Shown piece after piece: positions 8,546-19,770 of a stretch of DNA of 32,000 nt. The stretch's first letter is position 1. Every line of letters begins with the position of its first letter. The notes beneath the pieces are model-generated. The model did no database searches. It was given only the letters and a program-made list of their open reading frames with translations, and was not told the origin of the DNA. Both the position numbers and the translations under genes were made by a program. The stretch comes from Corynebacterium amycolatum (GTDB taxonomy: Bacteria > Actinomycetota > Actinomycetes > Mycobacteriales > Mycobacteriaceae): assembly GCF_049243625.1 (NCBI RefSeq), contig NZ_CP046975.1; one strand, given 5' to 3'.

Positions 8546-9589
8546 GTGAGCAATAAGAAACGCAAGCAACTGGTGGCGGACCAGTATGGAATCATTAGGC
8601 CGGAGAACCAGCCGGGGGACGGGTACCGCGAGGTCGCAAGGCAAGCGCGGGCCGGTTATCTGGAGCGGCTTTGCCGAGGCCACTATGTAGTCGCACACTC
8701 GTGGGAGGGACTCCACCGCGAAAAACGCCTGGCTATTACTGCGTTGGCGGTGGTCTCCGAGACGTCGTCAGGCGTTATTTCGGGAGCTGCAGCGCTGGCC
8801 TTGCATGGCTCGTGGGTGCTGGTGCGCGACGCGAAGATCGTGGTCGTGGGTGGGAGCCAGAAGTTCCACGGCATCGACTATTGTATGCGCCTGCGGTCGG
8901 AGATCCATCTGGATCACACGCAGGGGCTCGCGGACCGGCGGGTGGCGGTGCTCGCGCGTGCGGCTTTCGATGAGTGTCGGGTCCGACTCAGACAGAAGGG
9001 GCAGGAATCCGTGTCGTGGCGGGCGGCGGTGTTGGCCGTCGAAGGTGCGCTGCGGCATGGCGTCACGCGTGATCAGCTCGCGGAGATGCCAGCGCATTAT
9101 CCTAGCTTGCGGGGTCAGGAGCTGTTTCACCGTGCGTCTGCGGTCTGTCATGGTCGCTGCGAAACGCCCGGTGAGGCTCTGACCAAAGCGGCGCTTCTCG
9201 AGCTCGGCCTGAAATTCCACGAACAAGCCGAGATTTGGACCCGCGGAACCAGCCACACGGCGCCGCATTTTCTTGCCCGAGTGGATTTTTACGTCCCCGA
9301 CCTGCTGCTTGTGGTGGAGTTCGACGGCCACATCAAGTATTCGGCGAGCGAGGTCGCACCGACGCCCGCGGCCCAGTCCGAGCTGCTCACGCGGGAGACC
9401 TATCGTGAGCGTTCGCTGCGCGCAACGGGGCTTGATGTCGCGCGGGTGGTGTGGAACGAGGTGGAATCGTCGCATGCAGTTCGCTTATCGACGCTCCGTT
9501 CAATCCTCATCGAGCGCGAACGCGTCATAGCCGCAGGTGGGGTCACCTTCCGTGCGGATGTGCGCAATGCCGGTCCGTTGATTGGGTAG
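8546..9589 (+). CDS. AbiEi-N-like wHTH / DUF559 (restriction-endonuclease-fold) domain protein
   Basis: GTG start. The N-terminal pattern (CRGHYVV ... VISGAAALALHG) is typical of AbiEi_4-type domains. The C-terminal RVDFYVPDLLLVVEFDGHIKY matches the DUF559/Vsr-like core. Assignments rest on motif recall only. Confidence 0.6.
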   Translation: MSNKKRKQLVADQYGIIRPENQPGDGYREVARQARAGYLERLCRGHYVVAHSWEGLHREKRLAITALAVVSETSSGVISGAAALALHGSWVLVRDAKIVVVGGSQKFHGIDYCMRLRSEIHLDHTQGLADRRVAVLARAAFDECRVRLRQKGQESVSWRAAVLAVEGALRHGVTRDQLAEMPAHYPSLRGQELFHRASAVCHGRCETPGEALTKAALLELGLKFHEQAEIWTRGTSHTAPHFLARVDFYVPDLLLVVEFDGHIKYSASEVAPTPAAQSELLTRETYRERSLRATGLDVARVVWNEVESSHAVRLSTLRSILIERERVIAAGGVTFRADVRNAGPLIG

Positions 9590-9659
9590 TTGGGGTGTTG
9601 GGTCAGGCCGTTAGATAGTTGGATAGCTGGGCCGCTGGATAGTTTGCCCCAAAAAGAAA

Positions 9660-9726
9660 CTGACCAGGTTTATAGCAGATTCGGCCTCAAATTCGGGCCG
9701 GAAGCGCAATAAACTTGGTCAGTAAC
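9660..9726 (-). repeat. Palindromic intergenic repeat element, copy B
   Basis: Arms CTGACCAGGTTTATAGCA and GCAATAAACTTGGTCAGTAAC are separated by 28 nt. It lies 66 nt downstream of the leuA stop. Confidence 0.8.
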
Positions 9727-9791
9727 TCTGTGGAGCGGAAGGTTGTAGAGCTGAGCCCCAACTCCACAGCCAGCTTCCAGCGCGACAGGCC

Positions 9792-11727
<1,936 letters not shown>

Positions 11728-11937
11728 GTGATGTACCTTACCCCGATGGTTATATGAATTTCATCATTCGGGGGTTTTGGTGGGGGAAATGTGCTCGGGT
11801 TTTCCGTGCCGTAAGAGTTACGTGCCATAAGGGGTGAACGGCGTTGTCGACGGCTCCCAGTCAACCACCCCGCCCGCCGATAGTTCTAAAACTAGTACCA
11901 ATGTATTTAGTGAAGTAAAGATGATAGCCTCCTTAAG

Positions 11938-14571
11938 GTGCAAACTAGCTGGTCTATTCTTAAGCGAGACTTGCGCCGTCTCCGCAATAGCCCAAGAGTG
12001 TGGGTAATCATCATCGGTGTGATGATTACCCCTGCCTTGTACTCCTGGTTCAACATCCCAGGCTTCTGGGATCCGTACGAGCACACCGAGAACATCGGTG
12101 TGGCAATTGTGAATGAGGACAAAGGCGCGAGTTCCACGGTTACTGGAAGCCTCAATATCGGTAACCAGGTGGTCAAACAACTAAAACAAAATCATGAACT
12201 GGGCTGGCAGTTCCCCGATGCCGAGAAGGCAGACCGAGATCTAAAGCGCGGTAAGGTCTATGCCTCAATCACCATTCCGTCGAATTTCTCCCAGGAAATG
12301 GTTGATCTGATCCAAGGCAAGGGGCATCCAGCAAAACTGACCTACCGCGCTAACCAGAAGATCAACGCAATCTCGCCGCACATCACGGCGCAGGGCGCGT
12401 CCGGCATTGATGGTCAGATCTCCGCTTCCTTTAATAAGGAGATCGCGAAGGCGGTCACCGAGCAGGTCAAGGAAGCTGGCGGTCTGATGCAAGGCCGGTT
12501 CGACGCTGCCCGTCTCAATTCCGCCGACGCTTTCCAGGATGTCGCTGATGCGGTTGCCAATAGCCGCGATGAAGTCGGCGCTATCCAGGAGCAGATTGGC
12601 GATCTGCAGCCGACGATTGCGCAGATTAAGAAGACTCTTGGCAGCGTAGATACGGCCCTCGACGATGCCCAGGATGCGTTGACGCAGGTGCAGGCGATTA
12701 CTGGTGAGCTCAACAACGAGGTCCTGAATTTCTCCGCGGATCTCAACGATGCCTACCTGCAGGGCAGTACCGCCCTGGTAGAGGGCACCGGCAATGCCAA
12801 CGCCGCGATCGGCGCGATGACTGGCAATCTGCAGGGCGCAATTTCCCGTTCGGATTCCGCGACGGCTGCGGCGGAGGACATCGTCAAGCAGGCGGATCAG
12901 GTCATTGGTGGGCTGAATTCCCTGTTGGATGCCAGCCCGCTCAACGGCCCGGATAAGCAGGCAATCCAGCGCACCATCGATGCGCTCGACGAGAGCAACG
13001 CCACCAATAAAGAGCTGGTGGAGGGCCTGAAGAACGTCTCCGGCTCGGCGCAGGGAACTCTCGACTCCCTCAACGCCACCAGCGAGGCATTGGCGCAGGC
13101 CACCAAGGACGGCAAGGCCGCCTCGGATCAGATCCGCGAGGCGTCCCAGGACGCGCTCCCGCAGTTGAGCAGGGCGCTTAATCAGCTCAACGCGCGCGTG
13201 GGCTCGTACGCGGCGGCGCTCGGCGCGCAAAAGGACACCGTCCGGGAAACGTCCGCGCTTCTCGACGCTACGAGTGGGCAGCTTTCCGCCGCGAATCAGG
13301 TCCTCGAGAGTTTCAAGGCTGACCTTGATGGCGTACGCGATGGCCTGGAAACCGCGCGTCTCGATGTTCTTACCCTGGGCACCACCGAAGAGCGCGAAGC
13401 TATGGAAATGGTCAATGACCTCGACCCCGAGGGAATTTCGCAGTTCCTGAGCGATCCGGCCGAGATCCAGACTGAGGCCGTGTTCCCGGTGGATCACTAC
13501 GGCTCGGGTATGGCGGCGCTGTTTACCAACCTGTCGTTGTGGATTGGCGCGTTCATCCTGATTGTGATTTTCCGCGTGGAAGTTGATGCGGAAGGTTTCA
13601 AGGAAATCACGGTCGGCCAGGCGTACATGGGCCGTACCTTGCTGCTGGGCATCATCGCTATTTTCCAGGCGCTGATTGTCTCCATCGGTGACATTGTCAT
13701 TGGTGTGCAGAATGTCAGCGCGGTTGCGTTCGTCCTCACCTGTGTCGTGGTGGAGTTGTGTTATCTCGCCATTATTTACAGTATGGTGGCGGCATTTGGG
13801 CACGTGGGACGCGGTATCGCCGTGGTGCTCGCGTTTATTCAAATCCCTGGTGCCGCCGGTCTCTATCCAATTGAGATGACACCGGACTTCTTCCAGGCAC
13901 TGAATCCGTTCTTGCCGTTGACCTACGGTATTGATGCTCTCCGCGAGACAATTGGTGGTTTCTACTCCAATTACTACCTGAAGAACATGCTCACCCTAAT
14001 GGTCATGGCAGTGATCGCCTACGTGGTCGGCTACTGGCTGCGCCGCAGCTTGTCCTCGGTCAACGTCTTGGTTAACCACCAGCTTGAAGAGGGCGGTCTG
14101 GTCAACAACGAAGAAGTCCATCTGGTCGGTAGTGGGTACAAGCTCAGTGACCTGGTCTTCGCGCTGCGCAACCGCGAGGAGTACCAGACGCGAGTCGATG
14201 AGCGGATGGAGAACCTGCGTGGCAGCTACACGCTGTTCATGCGCATTGCCATTGGTGTCGCAGTGGTCGCCCTGGTGATACTGGGTATTCTGGCCCGCAA
14301 CTACCCGGATCAGAAGGCCCTGTTCTTCGGTCTAGCCTGCCTGTTCGTACTGCTCTGCCTCGCTTACATCGCGGTGCGCGAGTACGTCAAGCAGTCTGTG
14401 ATTCACGCCCAGGAGCTCAGCGAGCTGTCGGAGGAAGAGCTGCGCGCCTACATGGAGCACCAGACTTCCCATCCGCATGCGTACTCGTTGGAAAATGCTG
14501 GCGATACGTTTGAGCCACAGACGAAGGTGTCGTCGGCAAGCGTGAAGACTTCCCCAGAAGGTGAAGCCTAA
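11938..14571 (+). CDS. YhgE/Pip domain-containing membrane protein (ABC-2-like permease fold, long helical ectodomain), paralog 1
   Basis: GTG start. The N-terminus WSILKRDLRRLRNSPRVWVIIIGVMITPALYSWFNIPGFWDPY...IGVAIVNED is typical of YhgE/Pip. A roughly 480-aa Ala/Leu/Gln-rich extracytoplasmic region follows, then a cluster of C-terminal TM helices. Confidence 0.75.
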   Translation: MQTSWSILKRDLRRLRNSPRVWVIIIGVMITPALYSWFNIPGFWDPYEHTENIGVAIVNEDKGASSTVTGSLNIGNQVVKQLKQNHELGWQFPDAEKADRDLKRGKVYASITIPSNFSQEMVDLIQGKGHPAKLTYRANQKINAISPHITAQGASGIDGQISASFNKEIAKAVTEQVKEAGGLMQGRFDAARLNSADAFQDVADAVANSRDEVGAIQEQIGDLQPTIAQIKKTLGSVDTALDDAQDALTQVQAITGELNNEVLNFSADLNDAYLQGSTALVEGTGNANAAIGAMTGNLQGAISRSDSATAAAEDIVKQADQVIGGLNSLLDASPLNGPDKQAIQRTIDALDESNATNKELVEGLKNVSGSAQGTLDSLNATSEALAQATKDGKAASDQIREASQDALPQLSRALNQLNARVGSYAAALGAQKDTVRETSALLDATSGQLSAANQVLESFKADLDGVRDGLETARLDVLTLGTTEEREAMEMVNDLDPEGISQFLSDPAEIQTEAVFPVDHYGSGMAALFTNLSLWIGAFILIVIFRVEVDAEGFKEITVGQAYMGRTLLLGIIAIFQALIVSIGDIVIGVQNVSAVAFVLTCVVVELCYLAIIYSMVAAFGHVGRGIAVVLAFIQIPGAAGLYPIEMTPDFFQALNPFLPLTYGIDALRETIGGFYSNYYLKNMLTLMVMAVIAYVVGYWLRRSLSSVNVLVNHQLEEGGLVNNEEVHLVGSGYKLSDLVFALRNREEYQTRVDERMENLRGSYTLFMRIAIGVAVVALVILGILARNYPDQKALFFGLACLFVLLCLAYIAVREYVKQSVIHAQELSELSEEELRAYMEHQTSHPHAYSLENAGDTFEPQTKVSSASVKTSPEGEA

Positions 14572-16913
14572 TGAGAAACGTTCTTGAAATTGTGCGGAAC
14601 GACTTTCGGGTGATCCGCCAGAACACGATGACCGGCATCATGGTTTTCGGTCTGGTGCTGATTCCGCTGCTGTTCACCTGCTTTAACGTGCTGGCCAGCT
14701 GGGAGCCGTTTGAGAACACCGAAAAGCTGAAGATTGCGGTCGCCAGTAATGACCGTGGTCATCGCACGGATATCGGTGCGATTGACCTCAACTTGGGCAA
14801 TGAGGTGCTGTCGAAGCTGAGCCGTAATCACGACATTGACTGGCGGATTACGGATTCCAATGACGCCATCGATGGCACCAAGTCCGGTGACTACTACGCG
14901 GCAATCGTGCTTCCGGAGAACTTCAGTACCGAACTGATGACCTTCTACGTCCGCGGTACCAAGGCGCCGAAGCTGACGCTCTATACGAATGAGAAGAAGA
15001 ACGCGCTGTCGTCGATCATTACGGGCAAGGGCGCAAGTGGCGTTATTCAGGAGATCGATAAGAACTTCACGCAGGTCGTCGCCAGCGTTGGTTTGGGCGC
15101 AATCACCTCGCTGGATGAGTACCTGGACACCTCCGACTCCAAGCAGGCGCTGACGCGCGTGCAAAACCGCGTTGATGACACCGCCGCGCGACTGCGTTCT
15201 GGCGCGCAGACTGCTCGTTCGCTGTCCACGCTGGTGGAGACCACCGTGCCACTGGTGGAGACTGCGGATTCCATCTTGGAAAACGCTGGTGCGCGGATGG
15301 ATATTCTGCGCAATGGTTCGGGTGACGGCAACGTCGCCGGCGATCTGGAGGCCGCGGTCGGCAATGTCCGCGGCTCGGTTAGCACGGCGCTCGACGCAAC
15401 GCAGGCGAGCTACGAAGGCGTGCGCGACCGGGTCAACGAGCTTGTCGACGGCACCCAGGCCACCAGCGGCGCGACCGCGGATACCTTTGATGCGATGGCG
15501 GCCAAGTTCGGCCAGCAGGCCGATGGTCTGACTGCGATGCGCGACCGCCTGGAAGACACTGTTGGGGCAGTGGTTCCGGGTATCGCGAAGCCGGGCTATG
15601 ACCATGCAATCTCCGACTTGAACACCTCGATTGCTCGCACCCGTGGGCTGCAGGAGAGTTTCTCTGCCGTGGCAGCGGATTTGCGTGGTGGTCGGGATAC
15701 GGGATCGTCGATAAGCCAGGCGAAGGACGCTTTCACGGCTGCGATTGCCGCTGTGGAAAATGCCAAGAACTCCTACGAGCAGAACCTGCGCCCGCAGATC
15801 GACGCACTGTCGGAACCGGTGTCGCGACTGAGCAATGACATCGAGGTCATTGGCGAGGACATTCGCGGCATTCGCGGTACGATTTCCGGCTCGCCGGTGG
15901 ATACGCTGCGTAAGACCAGCGCTGCCACGATGGGCTTGAGCAACCGCTTCGATGATCTGGCCGCTCGTTTCGACGAGATCCACAACGCGCTGGAAGAGGC
16001 GAAGGACACCGGTGATCTCTCGCGCATTGCCGCGGCCATCGGTGACGACCCCAGTGCCCTGGCAGCGCAGTTGGCCGCGCCGGTGCAGGTCGAGGAAGAC
16101 CCCGTCTTCCCAGTCAAGAGCTTCGGTGCGGGCATGGCGCCGTTCTATGCGACACTCGCACTGTGGATCGGTGCGCTGCTGTCGTCGGTGCTGATTCGCA
16201 CCACGGTGCGTAGCCGCGGCGCTCAGAAGGTCGGCGATGAGGTCGGTGCTGATGAGGTCGAGGCCGCGGTCGATGAGGCGCAGAGCGATGAAGCGCTCGA
16301 TGATGCGCAGAGCGATGCAGCCGCTGAGGTCGGCGATGATGCTGACGCCGAGGCCGTCGAGCCCAGCGACCAGCAAATCAACGCTGCCCAGACCGATGAC
16401 TACACCCGCGTCGAGAAGTACTTCGGCCGGTTCGCCACCTTCGCCACCGTTGGCTTGGTTCAGGCCACGCTGATGGTGTTGGGACTCCAGGTGTACGTGG
16501 ACGTCGATCCCGCACACCGATTCCTGATGCTGCTGGCCGGCTGGATGATCTCGCTGGTGTTCATGATGATCGTCTTCTCGTTCGTCTTCACCTTCGACAA
16601 CGCCGGCAAGGCCATCTGCGTGCTGTTGCTGGTGATGCAGGTCTCGGCCGCAGGTGGCGCGTATCCGCTGCCTCTGGTGCCGCAGTGGGTCCAGAACATT
16701 AGCCCGTGGCTGCCGGGTACCTACGCGATTGATATGTTCCGCAGCTCCATCGCCGGTATTTACGAGGCCGACTACTGGAAGCTGATGTTCATGTTGGCGC
16801 TGTTCATCATCCCGTCGCTGATCCTGGCGCTGGGCCTCCAGCGCATCTTTGAAAAGGGAATCAACGGCATCAAGGACGCAATCGAGGAGACGAAGGTGAT
16901 GGCCACCTCGTAA
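14571..16913 (+). CDS. YhgE/Pip domain-containing membrane protein, paralog 2 (with Asp/Glu-rich insert)
   Basis: Its ATG overlaps the upstream stop (TAATG at 14569-14573). It has the same architecture (VLEIVRNDFRVIRQNTMTGIMVFGLVLIPLLF...WEPF...IAVASND). An acidic insert GDEVGADEVEAAVDEAQSDEALDDAQSDAAAEVGDDADAEAVE follows the first C-terminal TM helix. Confidence 0.75.
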   Translation: MRNVLEIVRNDFRVIRQNTMTGIMVFGLVLIPLLFTCFNVLASWEPFENTEKLKIAVASNDRGHRTDIGAIDLNLGNEVLSKLSRNHDIDWRITDSNDAIDGTKSGDYYAAIVLPENFSTELMTFYVRGTKAPKLTLYTNEKKNALSSIITGKGASGVIQEIDKNFTQVVASVGLGAITSLDEYLDTSDSKQALTRVQNRVDDTAARLRSGAQTARSLSTLVETTVPLVETADSILENAGARMDILRNGSGDGNVAGDLEAAVGNVRGSVSTALDATQASYEGVRDRVNELVDGTQATSGATADTFDAMAAKFGQQADGLTAMRDRLEDTVGAVVPGIAKPGYDHAISDLNTSIARTRGLQESFSAVAADLRGGRDTGSSISQAKDAFTAAIAAVENAKNSYEQNLRPQIDALSEPVSRLSNDIEVIGEDIRGIRGTISGSPVDTLRKTSAATMGLSNRFDDLAARFDEIHNALEEAKDTGDLSRIAAAIGDDPSALAAQLAAPVQVEEDPVFPVKSFGAGMAPFYATLALWIGALLSSVLIRTTVRSRGAQKVGDEVGADEVEAAVDEAQSDEALDDAQSDAAAEVGDDADAEAVEPSDQQINAAQTDDYTRVEKYFGRFATFATVGLVQATLMVLGLQVYVDVDPAHRFLMLLAGWMISLVFMMIVFSFVFTFDNAGKAICVLLLVMQVSAAGGAYPLPLVPQWVQNISPWLPGTYAIDMFRSSIAGIYEADYWKLMFMLALFIIPSLILALGLQRIFEKGINGIKDAIEETKVMATS

Positions 16914-16918
16914 GTGGC

Positions 16919-17950
16919 CTAATCCTCCGCCTCCGGCACTGCGCCCGCCTCGTCGCTCTCGCGCTCGGCCTCCGGTTCGCCCTTGCCATCGCGCGAGAGC
17001 TTCCGCAGCCACCAAATCAGCAGCGCAATAATCACCGCCGCTGCTGCCAGGATGGCCCACATCCACCACTGCCACTGCGAACCGCTGCCGTCGAACACGG
17101 ATTCCTCATCAGGATCCATCGGCACCTGGTGCCCCGTCACCAGCAGGCGGTGCGTGTTAATGCCGTAAGGCGTGCACGTAATCAGGGTGATTAGGTCTTC
17201 TCCGGGGACGCGTCGTAAAGCATCGGTTTCATCCGGCTTTACGACGGCTACGTCGTGGACCTCATACTTCAACTTGTGACCCGCGACTGCGATGTAGAAC
17301 GCGTCGCCCTTCTTGACCTTGTCGAGGTTGTCCCACAGCGTCGCATTCTGCAGACCCGTATGCGCCGACAGCGACGCGTGACGACCTTCACCCTCGCCCA
17401 CGCCGCCGACCGGGAAGTCGGTGCCGTAGAGGTGACCGACCCCGCGCGAAAGCGATTTTTCCGACGTGCCGTGGAAAATGGGCAGGTCAGAGTTGATGGA
17501 CGGGATGACGATGCGGCCGAGCGCGTCGGTCTCGCCAAGCACGTCGAGGTAGTGGCGATAGCGCTGGTACTCCGGGGAAGACTCGTCATCGGAGGTGGTC
17601 CAGGCATCGCCCGGATTGACCTCGCCGAGGCTGGCGTTGTACTCGTGGGCCTCGTTCCAGGCGGTGTCCAAGACCTCAGGAGGAGCGGATTTCTCCAGCT
17701 TGGAGTACTCATCTGCGGCGCGGGCCTGCAGGAAGTTATTCCACTGCGTTGCGACAACCGGGTACAGCAGCACGCCCAAACCACCAATGATTAGCAGTAG
17801 GGCGATGATGGTGTTCGAGTTGAGCTTCTTGCCCTTTTGGGGCTTTGCTTTGGTGTTGGTTGCGGCGCTGGCGTTGGTATCGTTTGCGCGTTCGGACTTC
17901 CGCTTAGATGTCGGTTTAGATGCCCGCTTGGAATGGGAATGACGCCCCAT
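16919..17950 (-). CDS. Class C (pilus-type) sortase, orphan copy
   Basis: N-terminal TM, His motif SAHTGL, TLITCTPYGINTHRLLV (Cys plus Arg) and a C-terminal TM (WWMWAILAAAAVIIALLIWW). It is a clear paralog of the sortase at 30922..31959. Confidence 0.85.
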   Translation of the reverse strand: MGRHSHSKRASKPTSKRKSERANDTNASAATNTKAKPQKGKKLNSNTIIALLLIIGGLGVLLYPVVATQWNNFLQARAADEYSKLEKSAPPEVLDTAWNEAHEYNASLGEVNPGDAWTTSDDESSPEYQRYRHYLDVLGETDALGRIVIPSINSDLPIFHGTSEKSLSRGVGHLYGTDFPVGGVGEGEGRHASLSAHTGLQNATLWDNLDKVKKGDAFYIAVAGHKLKYEVHDVAVVKPDETDALRRVPGEDLITLITCTPYGINTHRLLVTGHQVPMDPDEESVFDGSGSQWQWWMWAILAAAAVIIALLIWWLRKLSRDGKGEPEAERESDEAGAVPEAED

Positions 17951-18108
17951 CGAATCCTACCTTTGGTGACCTTGTGCATAGCGGCCACGGGGTCTTTCTC
18001 ACCAGGGACAGTTCCCGGGCAGGGGATAGCCAGGCCGACAAATCGCTAACGACTTAATAAGTGCAAATACCAATGTAGGTGATGTGGCCCGGGAGAGTTG
18101 AACTCTAC

Positions 18109-19230
18109 TTACCGCGCTGCGGCATCGGTGGAATCTGTGGTGGTGTTTGCGGAGCTTGTGGTGTCGGCGTTTGCGGTGTTTGCATCGGCTTTTGCGGTGC
18201 TTGGGGCGCTTGTGGAGGCTGTGGCGGTGGCTTCTGCCGGCCGAGCCGCCAGGGCAATAGTGGCAGAAATCATGGTCGCCAGTGCGATAAACAGCGCCAC
18301 CCACTGCACACCAACTGCCTGGAAGCGTTCACCAAGAACGATGTATCCCAAGCTGAAGGCAACAATCGGCTCCACGACGGTCATAGCTGGCAGCGAAGCC
18401 TGCAACGGTCCCGCGTTAAAAGCCGCCTGCTGCAGGCCGACGCCAATAACTGCCAGTGCCACCAGCAGCCAGAGTTCCCAGGAGAGCAAGAGCTGGACGA
18501 GTCCGCCGTTGACATAGGTATCGACCACCGACTTAGACAGCAGCGCGACGAAGCCGTACAGCCAGCCGGTTGCCGTGCCGAGCAGCAGGGCCTTCGGGTT
18601 CTGGCGTAGCACTCCGCGCTGTTTCGTGTCTGAGGTGCTACCTGTGCTGTTGTCGGTGCTGGAGCGGTCTGCGATGGCTGGGCTGTCACTCGTGTTGGAG
18701 CCGCTACCTGCGTTGGAGCCGCTACCTGTGTCGGTATTGGGCCACTGAACTGCAGCGGCGTACAGTCCGCAGGTGACCACGCCACCGGCGGCAAGAGCCC
18801 ATCCCCACAGGTAGGTGGGGACATCGGTGGAGCCCGCAGTCGGCTTGCCGAGCAACACCAGCGTCGCCACCGCAAAAGTAAGCGCCACGGACCAAATCAT
18901 CTCTGACCGCGAAATCCGCCGACCATTGACCTTCGCCGCCAGCGGGAGCGTGAGCATCAGCTTCATGACCAACAACGGCTGCACCAGGAGCAACGTGCCA
19001 AATGCCAACGCCGCGACCTGAAATACATACCCGGCAATCGCCAGGCCCGAGCCCAACCACCAGCGCGGCAGTTTCAGGGTCTTCGCCACTCCGCGAAGTG
19101 TGCTGGTGCCCTCTTCCAGTGTTCCGGAGAGGTTGTGGCGGATGACGGTTCCCCACGCGATGCTGAGCGCGGACAGCAGTGCCAGTATCGCAGCGAGAAG
19201 GTCATTGTTCACGTAGGGAATGCTAGGCAT
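18109..19230 (-). CDS. DMT (EamA-like) family transporter with low-complexity Ser/Thr/Gly loop and tail
   Basis: Multi-TM protein with LLAAILALLSALSIAWGTVIRH at the N-terminus. The start is chosen at MPSIPYV (19230) because the preceding 53 codons of the track ORF are non-membrane, Pro-rich and overlap the intergenic region. Confidence 0.6.
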   Translation of the reverse strand: MPSIPYVNNDLLAAILALLSALSIAWGTVIRHNLSGTLEEGTSTLRGVAKTLKLPRWWLGSGLAIAGYVFQVAALAFGTLLLVQPLLVMKLMLTLPLAAKVNGRRISRSEMIWSVALTFAVATLVLLGKPTAGSTDVPTYLWGWALAAGGVVTCGLYAAAVQWPNTDTGSGSNAGSGSNTSDSPAIADRSSTDNSTGSTSDTKQRGVLRQNPKALLLGTATGWLYGFVALLSKSVVDTYVNGGLVQLLLSWELWLLVALAVIGVGLQQAAFNAGPLQASLPAMTVVEPIVAFSLGYIVLGERFQAVGVQWVALFIALATMISATIALAARPAEATATASTSAPSTAKADANTANADTTSSANTTTDSTDAAAR

Positions 19231-19399
19231 GCAACACTTGTCATGTCCACTTCGCAGGGGTTGGGCGGGGCAGTGTTTGGTGCCCGCAGCGCCGTGGGGA
19301 GTCGCTGGCGGATTAGCTGGCCCGGCCAAGATGCTGGCGGATACCGGGAGTTCGGGAGTGACACTGACTGAGCCCGGAGTTCCTGGCACAGTACCGAGA

Positions 19400-19480
19400 G
19401 TTACTGACCTAGTTTATGTCAGTTTTGACAAGTTTCAGGGCCTATTTTTGTCATAAACTCAATCAGTTTCACATTTGCAG
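19400..19480 (+). repeat. Palindromic intergenic repeat element, copy C (diverged)
   Basis: GTTACTGACCTAGTTTATGTCA ... TGTCATAAACTCAATCAGTTTCACATTTGCAG. It shares the CAGTTTCACATTTGCAG tail with copy D. Confidence 0.7.
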
Positions 19481-19714
19481 CCCGCTGGCAGCCCGCAGCC
19501 GCGCCCGATTCACACCCAACCCACAGCCCAAGCACCCCAAACACCCCAGCCGTCACACTCTCAACGCGCAGCCGCGCTCACCCCACGCCCAACCACGACC
19601 CCGCGCCCAAACACCCCACAAACCCCCGCGCAACCCGCCCCAAAACTCCCACGCAACCCCCACAAGCTACGTTTTGGTAACCCACTATGTATTTACGAAT
19701 GCAACTCAAGTAAA

Positions 19715-19744
19715 TTGAGTCAATAATAGTTACGTGCATATAGT
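19715..19744 (+). promoter_or_regulatory. Putative lysC promoter (-35 TTGAGT, 18-nt spacer, -10 TATAGT)
   Basis: Sigma-70-like hexamers lie 27 nt upstream of the lysC ATG, in an AT-rich patch. RBS GGAG at 19757-19760. Predicted by eye only. Confidence 0.3.
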
Positions 19745-19770
19745 TGCCTAGTTTTTGGAGGTTGCCGACC

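Noticed and set aside
19416-19726. Two overlapping plus-strand ORFs encoding Pro/Gln/Thr-rich peptides between the DMT gene and lysC.
   Set aside because: They are a product of the C/A-rich tract and run into the lysC promoter. They have no RBS and no domain, so they are better explained as non-coding.
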